From Octopus vulgaris (Eukaryota): a DNA stretch of 64,000 bases. Numbering within the stretch: the first letter of the stretch is position 1; every line of letters starts with the position of its first letter. The notes under the pieces were generated by a model, which was given only the letters and a program-made list of their open reading frames with translations, did not search any database and had not been told where the DNA came from. The stretch spans positions 31,000,001 to 31,064,000 of the forward strand of contig OX597831.1 of NCBI GenBank assembly GCA_951406725.2, written 5' to 3'. Below are positions 25,291 through 39,887 of this stretch, in pieces. The translations under genes were made by a program, and so were the position numbers.

Positions 25291-25656
25291 TGTGCATACG
25301 GTGAAACCGGTTTTATGAATAGATAAGTGTATGTGTGTTCCCACACGCGCGCTCGTGTGTGCATGTGTGCGCATGTGCTTGTACCTGTTTGTGTGCGTGT
25401 GCGTGGGTAAGTATGATTGTGCATTGGAATTGTTCATATATACATGTATTTAACGGTACGGATTTCCTCGTCACCCTAAACCTACTCTATATGTATCTAC
25501 GCATACATGTATTTATGCCCTCATGTACACACGTACGCACACGCGCGCATGCACATCGATATACATACATATATACATACAAACATACATATATATATAT
25601 ATATGTACGTATGTATGTATGTATGTATGTATGTATGTATGTATGTATGTATGTAT

Positions 25657-26200
25657 GTCAGGTCACTTTCGAGTGCTACTGGTAACATGTAACCCAGTAC
25701 AACCTGTTGCATGGTCGGGTCGTCGGCGACTAAACCTGCAACCCCACTAAGCTTGCTTGGTGAGGAGGGTGTTTATTGGACACCCTGCGGGATGAAAAAC
25801 AAAACCCGTTAAAGGGCGGAGGAACTCTTGAGAGTCAATGGCCATCCAATAAATGTCTTATGGCTGTATCATGCGTGGAGACAGAAATAATCGGACTGAA
25901 TACCCGATAAGCCATTGGGAGTGCAGGACTCCTAGCCTTTGTTAGGGCATCCTTCTAGGAGAAGGTAACTCAGGTAACTGGGATAACTCCGACAAAAAAC
26001 CTGCGGCTCAGTGGTTACCGATGATGTTGACTTGTTCTTCTTTTCGGATTATGGCTGCTGTTGCTTATTGAGTGGGATTGACTCAGTGCACAGCCTTTCC
26101 TCACTTAAAAAAAAATCTTCTTGCACAGGCATTGCACGGTAACAACATTGATTAAGCTTCGTGCAATGGCCATACTCGATAACTAGGGGGCAGCCACCAT
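25657..26200 (+). mobile_element. Non-coding RTE-related retroposon
   Basis: Contains GGGCATCCTTCTAGGAGAAGGTAACTC, resembling a motif of RTE 5' regions. Embedded in (TATG)n, with no ORF. Confidence 0.45.
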
Positions 26201-26409
26201 GTATGTATGCATGCATATATATATGTGTGTGTGTGTGTGTGTGCGTGTGTGTGTGTGTATAAATTTCTTGGATAGTAGCAGTAGCGTTGTGGTTCAATTA
26301 CCTACTAAGTATATTTTGTATTTAGAAACGGCAATGTCTATCCCATAAGGACAAACATATCTTTCGTAATGATGAGGTTTAGGCAAGATTTTGATAATGA
26401 TTTGATTCC

Positions 26410-27010
26410 GTATGCTACCATGTTGATCTTTTGCATCGACCACTGTACTCTGTCATTACAATCCAACCTCTGTTCATTTAGTCCATCAACCAAGCTACTA
26501 GAAGTCTCCCCAATGTATGCCGTAATCAGGTTCCTATAATCACCCTTAATGCATTTTATATGGTAGACTACATTCCAAGTCTTACAGTTAATTCCAGGAT
26601 TAAAACTACATACAATGCAGTTCCTTTAGGTATACGTAGCCTTGTCTAAGGGATATCTCTTACATAACTATGATTCGATGAACCTCCCTGATTTCTCTGC
26701 GATTTTAATGTTGAGTTTAGCATCCTTCAGAGCCGTCCTAGACCTGCGAGCTAACTCTTCATAGCCTCTACAAATCTTGAAAGTTATCCGTGTGTTACCA
26801 TGTGTTTATTCTTTTTGCTATTTGCTTTATCACAAATTCTCTAAAGTTTATTATATTTACCCTGGTACTTTGGGTGGGTTCGATTGCATTCTTATTTATG
26901 ATATCATCTAAATTCTTCCTAACACCCCTGAACCAACTGATAAAAGGCTCAATCGATATACGCTGTCCGTCCTTTTATTTTAAACTGTTAGGGTATGATC
27001 GGAGGGTGAT
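26410..27010 (-). pseudogene. Penelope-like element GIY-YIG remnant (Cys-linker, Neptune-like)
   Basis: Minus strand translates CIVCSFNPGINCKTWNVVYHIKCIKG...TAYIGETSSSL, with stops upstream. Confidence 0.75.
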
Positions 27011-28049
27011 TTAGTTGCTATATACAAGAAGTAGACGGTTTCGATCTTTTCTATCGAAATGTTTGTTTAAACCAATATATACACGCTTTATCTACTTCGA
27101 GTTTCATCGTTCCTCAAAAGAATTATATAAATACACACACACACACACAAACACACATATATATATATCCATTTAGCTGCATACATTTACACATACGTAC
27201 GCGCATACATACACAAGTATATACATATGAATATACCTGTCGTGTGTATATTATAGTTAAATAGGTAGGTAGAGTGGAAAGAGACAGAAAGTGAGAGTGT
27301 GAGTGAAAGTGAGAGAGAGAGAGAGAGAGAGAGAGAAAACAGAGAGAAGCGGGAGAAGGAAAGAAAGAGAAAAAAGAAAGAAACAAAAAAGATTTTCAAT
27401 CAAGAAATTCTTTAAACTCCTAATATCGACAGGTTACAGACGCATAGCGAGGTATATATATTGATCGTGCTCTGAAACTGCATCAGTCTCCGTCGCACCC
27501 ATCATACACCAATGCTCTAACATTGTCTACCAGGCTACTACTGTCCATCCCGTTTTAATTTTCTCGTGTATCTTCTGCCTGTCATGCAGCAATTCATCTA
27601 CCCGTATGACATTAATGTTATAACAATGACAATGGTCATCCTGATTAATTTAGTTACAACAGCTTCCAACCCTGTTATATCACTTAACAGCCCTCACCCG
27701 TTATTACAGAACCATTAACATCTATGCGTTAACCAGTAGGCCTGGACGTAGTCAAAATTAATAGCTAGACGTAGTAACAGAATTTCCCTCGAATAACATC
27801 CTCTTGACTTAAAAATGGACAGACATGCGTTATGCAGTTTGAGATAAAGCACTTCTGTGCACACACGATGATCACAGTTAGAAGGTATTTGATAATAACA
27901 CTCCTTGATGAGGTATATTCTAGGCCTAAGCAACAACTCTAGCAAACATTTTTACCACATCAATGTCGTAACATTCGCCAGATTTTGCAATAATATGCGC
28001 AGGAAATACTTCAAGTTTTGTAAAAGAGTTCACCCGAATAACTTAATAA

Positions 28050-28217
28050 TTTAACATCATTCAGTAATCACTTGAACGTATTCCTCTATCTCAGATTCAG
28101 ACAACTTATTGCAGTGGTCCTTCAGCTTTTCTGAGCCTTGTAAAAGAACTCGGAAGGTTGGGCCTCCAGCCAGGCCTTTCGCGATACCCTTAAAGCCAGG
28201 AACTTTTCAGCACCCCG
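28050..28217 (-). mobile_element. Mariner-derived MITE (same family as 6748)
   Basis: AAAGCCAGGAACTTTTCAGCACCCC terminal repeat and shared internal sequence. Confidence 0.7.
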
Positions 28218-28267
28218 TCGTTTGGATATGTGTGTGCGTGAGTGTATATATATATATATATTTAAAT

Positions 28268-28762
28268 AATCAGAAGACGGAGAAAACATTTGATCAACAA
28301 ACAAATTGAAACATATCGGTTGATTATTTTTTAATACAAAAAATGACGTGACATTTCTTACGGCGGTTTCCGCCTCCAGTGTTAGTCGGTGCTTAGGAAA
28401 GAAATTCTGAAAATAATATTTGTATGTATGTTTTGCCAATCGACTTCAAACTCCATGCTGCAAGATGGTATGATGTTAGTATATTGAGCCTTCTAACCTC
28501 TTCTCGAGGCCCTGTCCTTTCCTATTCCCTCTTCTCTTCGTTTATTTTACGCATATGTATTCACTCCATCTACTCGATCAAATATACTATGTAGATGACG
28601 AATATTAATTTCGGAATTTCTTTCGTAAGCACCGACTAACACTGCGAGCAGAAACGGCCGTAAGAAATTTTATGTCATGTTTTGTATTAAAAAAATAACC
28701 AACTGGTGTGGTTCCATTTGTTTGCTTGTTTGTTGATCAAAAGTTTTCTCCATTTTCCGATT
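28268..28762. repeat. Diverged fold-back element: ~155-bp arms, ~177-bp spacer, hammerhead-like remnant
   Basis: Arms 28268-28421 and 28599-28762. TTTCT...GAAAC-GGCC-GTA-AGAAA lies at 28617-28667, with a degenerate core. Confidence 0.8.
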
Positions 28763-28930
28763 TGCTTATTCTGTTGCTACCTGTACCCTATGAGCACAGT
28801 GTACCTGCATACCCATGCCCGGGGATAGCACAGGTAATTGATACCGACAGTAAACACGGATACTGTTATCCCTTAGTTGGTTACCACAACTGCTAACTCT
28901 GCTTACTTTTATACATACATACATATATGT

Positions 28931-29000
<70 letters not shown>

Positions 29001-29192
29001 ATATGTATGTATGTATCTGTACACACACACACATACATATATATCTGTATATATACATATACTTTTCAGTTTTTAGTTATTTAAATTCTCCCCTTTAAGA
29101 AGAAGCAGGTTTCTAACAAGAATACAAAGCTCCATCGTCGGATTTTAAAATTTATGTATGTATGTGTGCATGTATGTATGTATGTATGCATG

Positions 29193-29223
<31 letters not shown>

Positions 29224-29517
29224 GTATGTATGTATGTTTGTATACATATATATTTATGTTCTACACATGTTTACATACGCACACATGCACTGATATATGG
29301 AAATTTATAAATTTATAAATCATATAGAAATATATCTTTCATAAAAAAATCTTTTAAAATCCCAGAATGGCACAAATCAATCTGTCATTCTATTCGTTTC
29401 AAGATATTTTTTAAAGAGTGAATAATTTTACTTTAAGAAAATCTTTCTTTAAAAATTGTGACTATATCAAAAATACTTTCACAAACCACTTTTTAAGAAA
29501 TATATATGAATATGCGT

Positions 29518-29594
<77 letters not shown>

Positions 29595-30229
29595 GTGTGT
29601 GTACGTATATGCATATTTGTGTATTTTGAGCTATATAGAGCACAAAATATAACCAATGTTCAGAAGTCTATGTTACCCATTTGAGAGAGAAAGTTCGATT
29701 CCTAAACTAAAATCTCAATATCTTGCTAAAGTCATCCCTCGGTATTTAAAACAGAGTAGATTTTGGAAACATTGGGAATAAGATTTTTGCGTTTATTTAA
29801 TACATTTTTACAGGTATTTCTTTAATGAATTTTTTCTGTTGGGCAAAAAATGTAAGCAATCACCTTACATCATCAAAATATCAGAAATTGTAAAGAAGAT
29901 GAAGGAAAGAATCTTGAGATAATAGCAGTCATATAGCTGTCAGACAGAATCATAGTTTCCACAAGCGTAAATTCTATAGAAATCACGATTTTCTAAGTCA
30001 GCTGTGTTCGACTCTTTACGTTTCGAGTTCAAATCTGGCTGAGATCAGCTGTTTTTCATTCCTTCCGAGTCGATAAAATACAACATTTGTCAAGTACTAT
30101 TATCAAATATTAGACTGTTACACTCCACCCCAAACGGCCAGAGAAAGTTTTCAAACTTTGTACCTATGTTACAAGCAATTATCATCACACACTGTGCTCA
30201 TAGACAATATACAATTCTATTTTTGTCAG

Positions 30230-33182
30230 TCTTGCATTCCGAGTTGCGCGTCCTGACCAAGAAGTATGAACAACAAAATATTACGACTAAGACGAAACAC
30301 ATCTAAAGAAAAAAAAAGACGGTAACGAAAATTTTTTAACAGTGAGGTTGCTATGAAGAAACTTAGATTTTACAAAAGTCACTAGAAAATTGTACTATAA
30401 TAATTGAAGTGAATAAATTTGGGTGAATAAATTCAGATTATTTTGTGGAGTAAGCCAAGAAGAAAAACGTTTCTATAACTTTGTGTGTCTGTATAAGAAC
30501 TTGTTTCCAACGAAACAAAACCATGTTCTAAATAAAAGAAATAAATAAAAGTATTATTTGATATATTTTTGTCAATAAAGCTGATCGTAAAATATTTAAA
30601 TTGGCTATCGCTTTGATGTTACCAAAAGATTAAGGAAAATGTAAACAGCTTGAAATCAGGAAAATTTGATTACACATTTTGAAAGGGAGAGAAATCCTGT
30701 GATGTTTAGACATAATCTTTTGCAGTTGTTACTGAAAAAAATTGAACGGGTAATGCGGTAGAATTAAAACAGAAAAGAGTATAGTTTGGCTTCAGAGATA
30801 AAAATGATATGAATCGAGACAAAGTAATTTTGGATACAGATATGAAAAATGCGCAACATTTGAAGGAAATTAATCCAGCACATTGAAAAAGCATTGAATA
30901 TTGCTATGACTGCTGCGTGAGCCAACAAAAAGTCTTCAAATTTACCGTGAAGAAAGCCTGAGACTGATAATTCAGGTGCTGTTGCTGTGCAGGGCAAGAA
31001 CATAATATTGGACATGAATCAAAAGATAGATTGCTACAGATGTAAAAGTAACAGAGTAGATAAATAAAAAAATTATTCGAAGAAAAAAAGTAAAATGCAG
31101 TCATACAATGTCATTTAGGGAGGAGTATAGGTTCAGATTGTATTACAATAAGGGGGTTAAATATTTGCAAATTAATAATAAGAAGAAGAATTTTAAAAGT
31201 AAAACTGAAAAATGTTACATTAGTAATAACAAATATAAGAAAAACAAGTTTAATAAAATTCCATTGGAAATGAATAGATATTTAAATGACTACATATATG
31301 ATACTGAACCAGTTGCGTTCCTACCTGGACCCAGCGGTCAAAAATAAGAAAACGGGAATTGAAATCCATCAAAGTTTTTGAGTGTTTTTACCATGGCGCA
31401 AACCAATTTCAATGAAAAAGATGTGTGAAATTTTAGCTACCAAGAAATTTAAGCTATCAAGAAACACATTCAAATTGAGATTGTCATACAAAAATAAAGA
31501 TGATACTCTATTGTTAGGCAGGAAATGGTTTCGGAATTGTTTTAAAGTGGGCATAATTCCCTTAATTCATTCTCAGATAAGAGAGTTATTGAATTGAATG
31601 TGAATAAAAAAAAAATGAAAATAAAAAAGAATTTGATAACCGATTGCAAAATATTTTGGATAAAACTTCTTTGGTACTTAAAGTTGATTTTAGCTTTGAT
31701 ACGAAGTCAATGCTCTTTTGTAAATTGATAGAAATAGCTCGGTCGAAATTTTACAATTTGCGTTAAAATGTCTTTCAATGGATATGATCTGAATGCTGAC
31801 CTGGACTAACTGGTCAACGCAGGCATTTAAAAAGTCATTAATTCTACACTGTGGTCAACTTGTACTACGATAGTCTTAAAAGAAACTGTAAAAATAAGAA
31901 CTTGTAGTGACTATACGTTTATCGTAAAACATCTTGCTGTACAGCAGTCTTGTTCTCAAAACTAATGATGTATTCAGAAAGTTAAATGGTTGCAAAGATT
32001 TTTATATCTCTTCTATGATTAATTAACATTGGAATTGCTTCAAGAATGAAAAAAAAGTCAATAGTTCCTAGACTTTATTCCAATAGGAAAGATTGCAATT
32101 TAGTCTGTCATCATTTCCAGTCATATTTCAGAAAAACCATTGATATGTCGACAAGCAGTTTAGAGTAGAATATTGCTTGCTTGGATGATGCATTGGTAGA
32201 AGAGGGAAGCAGATAAGAGAACGATAAAATTTTATCGGTAGTTTTTCAGAAAACTGAATAATTTGGATTCTGACAACAAATGGGGTAATACGAATCTTTG
32301 CAAATTAACGTAAAATTCTTAGGCACGTTATAATTAGCAAGAGAATTCAAACTGACAAACTGAGAGAGAGAGGGGGGAGAAAGGGAGACAGGGAGAGAGA
32401 AAGAGAGAGTGAGAAAGGACAATTTTTTCAGTGATTTGTAGCCCATTAAGAAATGAATGGAGATAAAATGAAAATTAAAATTAGTCCGTTGGATGTAACA
32501 CGGCTTTCAATTTATTGAAGAAATTGTTGGTGGAGAAAACAATCTGTTTCTTTATGAAGAAACAAAGACATTAATTGCTCCAAACAAAGCACCTCAAAGT
32601 GAAATAGGTGTAGTTTCCTGTCACATATAGAAAAAAATATTAGGCGAAGTTCTCTGTAACAGACTGCAAGAAAGTTTGTGTCTAAAATGTTGACAGAAGC
32701 TGAAAATATTATTCTTAAGAAGATATTGAAGATTGAACTGTTATATTTGCTGACAATAAATATGATCAGTATTTATTTGCTAAGAAATTTATACCGTTTA
32801 CTATTCAGAAATTACTACAATAACACTTAATCCTGAAAAAGAACTTTCCTAAAATGACAATGCAGCCATTACAATGTTGGACGCTGGATTTATTCGGTTA
32901 CAATTTTAAGATTAAATTTCAATCAATAAAACAAACTTCAAATGCAGACGCTTTCAATGAAGTTGTCATGGACTCTCATAAGTTACTGTTGAATAAGAAA
33001 GGATAAAAAAAAAGGGAAAGTGTTGACGATTAACAAGCAAAGCAATATTAGAAGAATGATGCTGAATTGATGGCCAAAGAGCTAAATAATCATGTCTGAA
33101 CCAACTGGGGGTTCAAGTCTCAAAACCGAAGTTCAATTCTGATGTCTGGCTAGATAACAATAACCAGAATTCGCACGGCAAG
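30230..33182 (+). mobile_element. Highly decayed coding-like A-rich segment, possibly a DNA transposon
   Basis: About 3 kb nearly free of SINEs with strong A skew, short broken ORFs and weak terminal inverted similarity (CTTGCATTCCGAGTT / AATTCGCACGGCAAG). No motif recognised. Confidence 0.25.
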
Positions 33183-33284
33183 TAAACAATTGGTCAGCCG
33201 ATGAATCTGCATGAGTTTGTCCTGCAATAATAACAAACAGAATTTCAGACCTTATACCTCTACTAGGAAGGATTATTGTTGTTG

Positions 33285-33863
<579 letters not shown>

Positions 33864-34413
33864 GAGAGTTGAGAGTAGTGCATGCCATCCAAGTGAGGTT
33901 AGGGTACGAATATGCAAACCCAAGTATACCCATCATGTCTATCCGTTTAATAAGGGTACCAGGAACATGGAGCTCAACTATGTGCGCGACATGATGATGA
34001 AGAAAGACAGCCCATGACCTTGTAGCTGGGGCCGAGTTAGAATTTTCTTCAGGTCGAGTAGACCATCCAACTCAAAAAGTCCCTGAACAAGGTTGGTTTA
34101 AGGATGATGAACGAAACACCCATGTTTCCAAGAGGGAATCATTCAAACCCCATAGAATGCCTCTTAACACATAGCTATGATGCTCCTCCACTACTCCACT
34201 ACTCCGGTTCGTTATCAGAGATACACATCTCAGCCCCAAGGAACTTACTCAACTGGTTAGGGTCAAGTTAGTGAAAAGCAAATCTGCGGTATTGAGCAGA
34301 ATATTTGCTGTAGTCCATCTTCTACACCAGGACAAAACATGTACATCATAACACTTGCACTCAGATACGATCAGAAGCTACGAGAGCAACTGCCTGCTAC
34401 TGCATTAGGACAA
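33864..34413 (-). mobile_element. Non-coding retroposon ending in (TAA)n
   Basis: About 550 bp of higher-GC sequence bounded by TAA tracts, lying between two RLE LINE fragments. Confidence 0.45.
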
Positions 34414-34427
34414 TAATTATTACTATT

Positions 34428-35180
34428 TTGGTTTGGTACAGATTCGGTCTTATTCCTGATAGGAATTATGTGGATAGCAGGTTACTACTTGTAACCTTAG
34501 GTATCCACAAGTTTTCAGCAGTTTTTCAAGTGATTAGAACCCTCCTGATGATCCTCGCTGTACTTAATAGAGAGAATTTTCCAAAGGGGATTCTATTTCA
34601 ACCGGGAATTCTATTTCAATCTCCGTCAGCCATTTGTCTATATCTTGACTAACTGTTCCTAACGCACCACTTATTATAGGTACGACCTTTATTGTTCGCA
34701 TGCTCCAAATTCTTCCTATTTGAAACGTTAAGGGAATGTGTTTCTTTTTGTTTTTCTTCTTCTTTCTTTACGATCCTGGAATCAAACGGTCATGATGGGT
34801 TGGTAAGTAAGCAACTTCGCTTTACTTTATCTACGATCGTTATATCTGGTTTATTATTTTCTAATTTCTTGTCCGTTTGAATAGGAAAGTCCCACAAAAG
34901 CTTACATTTCTCCGACTCCAGTACTCTTTCGGATTCGATGATTGTACCATGTGTTTCCAGCTTCTTTCCCCATTTCTGGTACTGTTTCCAGTGTATAAAA
35001 TTTACAATCTGGTCGTGCCTCTATTTCTTATATTCTCCCAGTGCCATCTTGGGGCATTCTTCCACAATATATGCCACTGTCTCGTTCCAAGTTCCACAGG
35101 CTCTACATTTTTCTGACACATTCTCCCGATATATATTATTTCTCAAGCTGCTTGTTTTTATCCCATGATGTTGGGCTGCA
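34428..35180 (-). mobile_element. Decayed RLE-type LINE 3' part (third lineage)
   Basis: CRAC...ETVAYIVEEC (CCHC-like), RHDQIVNFIHW, LLWDFPIQTD...NNKPDITIVDK, VVPIISGALG and STARIIRRVL. Confidence 0.85.
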
Positions 35181-35189
35181 ACAATTAGG

Positions 35190-36050
35190 CTCTCTGTAGG
35201 GGCAGTCTGTTGAGGTTAGCGGAATTTTCGGAATAAAAACGGTATCATTTTTGCCGTGTCCCGTGATAATTTGGGCTTCAATGACGAGGTTCCATTGCAT
35301 AGTGTGGGTGCGTTTAAATTGCCTAGGAGTATGACAGGTCAATCGACTTTTAAGTGAAATTCATAGGGAGGGAGTCCTGAAGAATGTTGGGAGTTGAGAA
35401 ATTCTGTTGGAAAGCCTGTAACCTGATTGATATCGATAACGGTGTCAACTGATCTATAGTAGCATTCTTGAGAAGGTAGCTTACTGAGTTAGTCGTAGTT
35501 AAGAGTGGTGACAGCTGCATTTGTAGGTGGAAGAACAGCCCTGTGCAAACGTGCAAGTATCGGCAGTTTGCAATGTATGTGCATTGTAAAAACTGTGTAA
35601 CTCTCACAACTAGGTATAAATAAAAGTAGAGAATTTATATAATAGGGATTAATTTCTGAAGGCATTTAAAAATTTATTAAAATTTATTTTAAATTTCATG
35701 GCTACTTCAAGGAAGTGCTAATGGGCAAATATTGGCGGTTTGCAGTGAATGGGCATTGTAAAAACTGTAGTTGAAGACAAAGTGAAAGTAGCATAACGTC
35801 ATCAAGAGTAATGTCCCTTGAAGGAACGATCGTTGGTGGTTGTTATTTACCTATGAGAAGGTATTTTAGTCCCCTAGGGGCGGCATTACTTATTATGTGG
35901 AAAATTTGAAGAGTTTATGACCATCTCTTGAGCATAAGTAATGTATATTCCCAACGTGAACAAAATCGGATGAAAAATATTGATTTTTAAGGGGAGTCAA
36001 GAAAAAGGCCTATACACACAGAAACATCTTTGGGTCCACTATATATAAGA
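35190..36050 (-). mobile_element. Helitron derivative with a Pif1-like helicase remnant
   Basis: EFLNSQHSSGLPPYEFHLKVD*PVILLGNLNAPTLCNGT and VIEAQIITGHGKNDTVFIPKIPL (35190-35420). Probable 5' end TCTTATATATAG at about 36050. Confidence 0.75.
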
Positions 36051-36071
36051 TATATACATGCACACACACAA

Positions 36072-36130
<59 letters not shown>

Positions 36131-36483
36131 CACATATATGTACAGAGAGAGAGAGAGAAAGAGAGGAAGTTGCAGACGCAGAAACAGACGTGGAAACAGA
36201 CAAATGGGTGGAGTTTCCTCTTCAGATATTCATCCGGAATGACATAATGCAGGAATTTCCGTTGTTTCTTCATTCAATTAACAGAAGTACTTCAATTACT
36301 CTGGTTATTATCGATTATTTGCATGTATGTCTATCGGTATTTATGTGTGTATGAGAATATATATATCTATATGTGTGTGTGTGTGCGTTTGCGTGTATGT
36401 ATCTATCTACGTATATTTAAGAAACGGTGTGCGTTAAGGAAATAGATATTAGACGAATTTCAACATTAATGAATACGACAATT

Positions 36484-36563
<80 letters not shown>

Positions 36564-36731
36564 TGGTATAGTTGTTCTTGTGATGTTGATGTGAGAGACA
36601 GGAGACACAGCATTACTAACGATGCCAAGCAGTGCAATTTTAAATTGACATATAAACAATAAACATAGCATTAGAGTGTATATTATGTCTGTGAGTATTC
36701 ATGATTATATATACATACATACATACATACA

Positions 36732-36772
<41 letters not shown>

Positions 36773-36779
36773 GAGAGAC

Positions 36780-36807
36780 AGACAGATAGACAGATAGGTA
36801 GATAGAT

Positions 36808-36890
<83 letters not shown>

Positions 36891-36939
36891 GTAGGTAGGT
36901 AGGTAGGTAGGTAGGTAGGTAGGTAGGTAAGTAGGTAGG

Positions 36940-37010
<71 letters not shown>

Positions 37011-37079
37011 GTAGGTAGGTAGGTAGGTAGGTAGGTAGGTAGGTAGGTAGGTAGGTAGGTAGGTAGGTAGGTAGGTAGG

Positions 37080-37171
<92 letters not shown>

Positions 37172-37180
37172 CAGATAGAT
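36780..37180. repeat. Compound (ATAG)n/(GTAG)n microsatellite
   Basis: Alternating blocks are directly visible. Confidence 0.95.
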
Positions 37181-37578
37181 ATAACTATTTATGTATTGTA
37201 AAATTTGTGTCCACTAGGATTTAAAGTTTGTTTCACGAACTAGTTTAAATAAACTGTTAGATGAAACTTGATATAAACTTTAGAGTATCTCTCAGTCTAC
37301 TTTCAATTTTGAGTCACCCCATCAATAAATATTTGTTTATTTTCTTGAACCAACTTGAAAATATCAATCTCGCTTAGCATTTACACACATAAACCCTCAC
37401 GCGTACAATGCACTTTCATACAAATAGACAAATGTACACGCACGCACAGATACATATATATGTGTGTGTTTGTGTGTGTTCGTGTGCGTGTGTGTGCGTA
37501 TGTGTATATAGTGTGTGTGTGATATGTATGTATTACGAATATAGCTACAAAATGTTTATTGCTGTGTATGTATGTATA

Positions 37579-38801
37579 CAGGGTGCGTAAGGCATTTGAT
37601 GAATACCTTTTTTGGGTCATTGCTGCATTTTCTGCTAACTCTGTATAATCTTCCTTTTAAAAAATAATAATGGCAGACCCTCAGCTTACTCGAAAAATGA
37701 AGAGGCATGGTGTTATTGTAGTTATAATGGCTGAGTATAGCGTATTAGGAATATCTCGATTTTTAAAAGTTGCCAAATCTTTCATCTATGGAGTTTGTAA
37801 GGAGTTAGAGACTGAAGATGGAAACGTATCACCAGTTTCAAAGCATAAAAATGATTCTAAATGCTCTGAAACCATCAGAATAATTGAATTTATCCAGCAA
37901 GTTTAACAGATCATTGATTACAATCCCAGAAAGTCCATGCAGTCAATTGCAAAACATCTCCATGTGCCTGAAGGAACAGTCAGAAATGTTTTCCACGAAG
38001 ACATTAGATATAATTTTGTCAGAAAAAGCAAAAGAAAACCACTACATTAGATCTAAAAGGTTCTGAAACAAACTGAAAAATCCAGCAGAAGAAGATTTGA
38101 TTTGGCTTTTCTGAAATGAGAAAAATTTCGGCCAAGATCAAAAAGCTAACAGAAGAAATAAAATATTGTAATGCGTAGACTCATCTGAAGTTCCAAGTAT
38201 TATGCATACAAAATTTTCTGCAACTGTCATAGTTTTGGGGGTTGTCAGCAATGAGGGACATGTGATTCCTCTTTACTTCTTTCCACAGGGCCTTAAAGTT
38301 AACTCTGCCGCCTACATTGAGGTCCTGAAAATAATTGTTAAGCCCTGGATAGACAGTGTATGCAATGGAAGGTCATATGTGTTTCAGTAAGACCCTGCAC
38401 TATCACACATGGCTCTAGTAACACAGGAATGGAAGGCTGAAAATTTTCCTGATCACATAATCCCTAACATATGGCCTCCTAATTCCCCCAGATCTCAATC
38501 CATGTGGAGCGTTGTTGAGAGAGAAGTCAATGAACACGCCCATAACACCAAAGATTCTTTGAAAGTTGCCATAGAGTAATGTCCACAATGAACCAGAACC
38601 CTTTGATTTGAGTATGTAGATCATTTAGATCTCATATAGAAGCAGTTGTTGAAGCTGAAGGTGGCTTTATTGAATATCATTATAGAAAAGAAGGTTTATT
38701 TGTATTCACATACCATATTTTTGATAAATAAAATTATTATCTGTTATCATATATCTGTTTTTATAAACATGAATCTGTCCTCAAATATCTTACGAATCCT
38801 G
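37579..38801 (+). mobile_element. Full-length Tc1/mariner element, maT/DD37D-like, pseudogenised
   Basis: TIRs CAGGGTGCGTAAGGCATTTGA / TCAAATATCTTACGAATCCTG with TA TSD. MHTKFSATVIVLGVVSNEG and FQ*DPALSH...WPPNSP/DLNP spacing fits D37D; the third D is deleted. Confidence 0.9.
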
Positions 38802-38814
38802 TATGTATGTATAT

Positions 38815-38895
<81 letters not shown>

Positions 38896-38905
38896 TGTAT
38901 GTATG

Positions 38906-38947
<42 letters not shown>

Positions 38948-38949
38948 TG

Positions 38950-39024
38950 TCAAAGGCGGTCCTACCCCATATTAAAATAAATTTGTCTGAAATTTTAAGA
39001 TGTTTCCAATATTTTGTCCAACGC

Positions 39025-39028
<4 letters not shown>
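38950..39028 (-). mobile_element. Tc1-like terminal fragment
   Basis: TA|CAGGCGTTGGACAAAATATTGGAAAC. Confidence 0.5.
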
Positions 39029-39072
<44 letters not shown>

Positions 39073-39078
39073 AGCAGG

Positions 39079-39120
<42 letters not shown>

Positions 39121-39653
39121 TGGACTCGTACATATATGTAAAAATACATACGTAAAATATTCTAAGCTCTCATTGTAATTCTGTAGACCTTTTCAATCAT
39201 TCCTTCCCCGCTGCTCTATCTCACTGTGGAATACTAAAACAGGAAGACTTGTAAAGAAGAAATAGAGCTGCCAACTTTAATATACGTTATAATTTGTTTG
39301 ACTATGGCTTCTTGCAAACGTCACTCAAATCTACTTGTAAACCGAGAAGAGAAATACTTATATATAGAAGGAGAAATACCACCCTCCGGTCAATGTTTTC
39401 CTAGGTTGCCATATGTATGTCTGTACACACACATACAAAGACACACAGGTACACACACACACACTCACACACACGCATTCCCCCACACAAATGTATTCAC
39501 ATACACACGCATGCACACACACATACACATGTGTATATCCCGGCTTAAACGTGGATATTCTGTTAGTACAAACAATAGTGCGGTAGTTTCCATAAGAGAA
39601 ATTCGCATATTACCTTTTGGTGCAAAACGCACTAAAATGCAGCAAAAACCGAC

Positions 39654-39758
39654 ATGAAAGTTTCTCTCGTATTAACCACCGCAGTATTGTTTGTTCTAAC
39701 AGAACATCCTCGTTTAAGAAGGGAGATCCCTCGGTATTACTACTGCCTCTGTCAGTAA
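39654..39758 (+). CDS. Candidate 34-aa prepropeptide-like sORF (MKVSLVLTTAVLFVLTEHPRLRREIPRYYYCLCQ)
   Basis: MK followed by a hydrophobic core, an RLRR furin-type site and a short Tyr/Cys peptide. Unique sequence; no expression evidence. Confidence 0.2.
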   Translation: MKVSLVLTTAVLFVLTEHPRLRREIPRYYYCLCQ

Positions 39759-39761
39759 TGT

Positions 39762-39834
<73 letters not shown>

Positions 39835-39887
39835 CATGATTGCATCGCTCGGTGTGTCCTCTAATTCACAACGACGGCAAGGTATGT

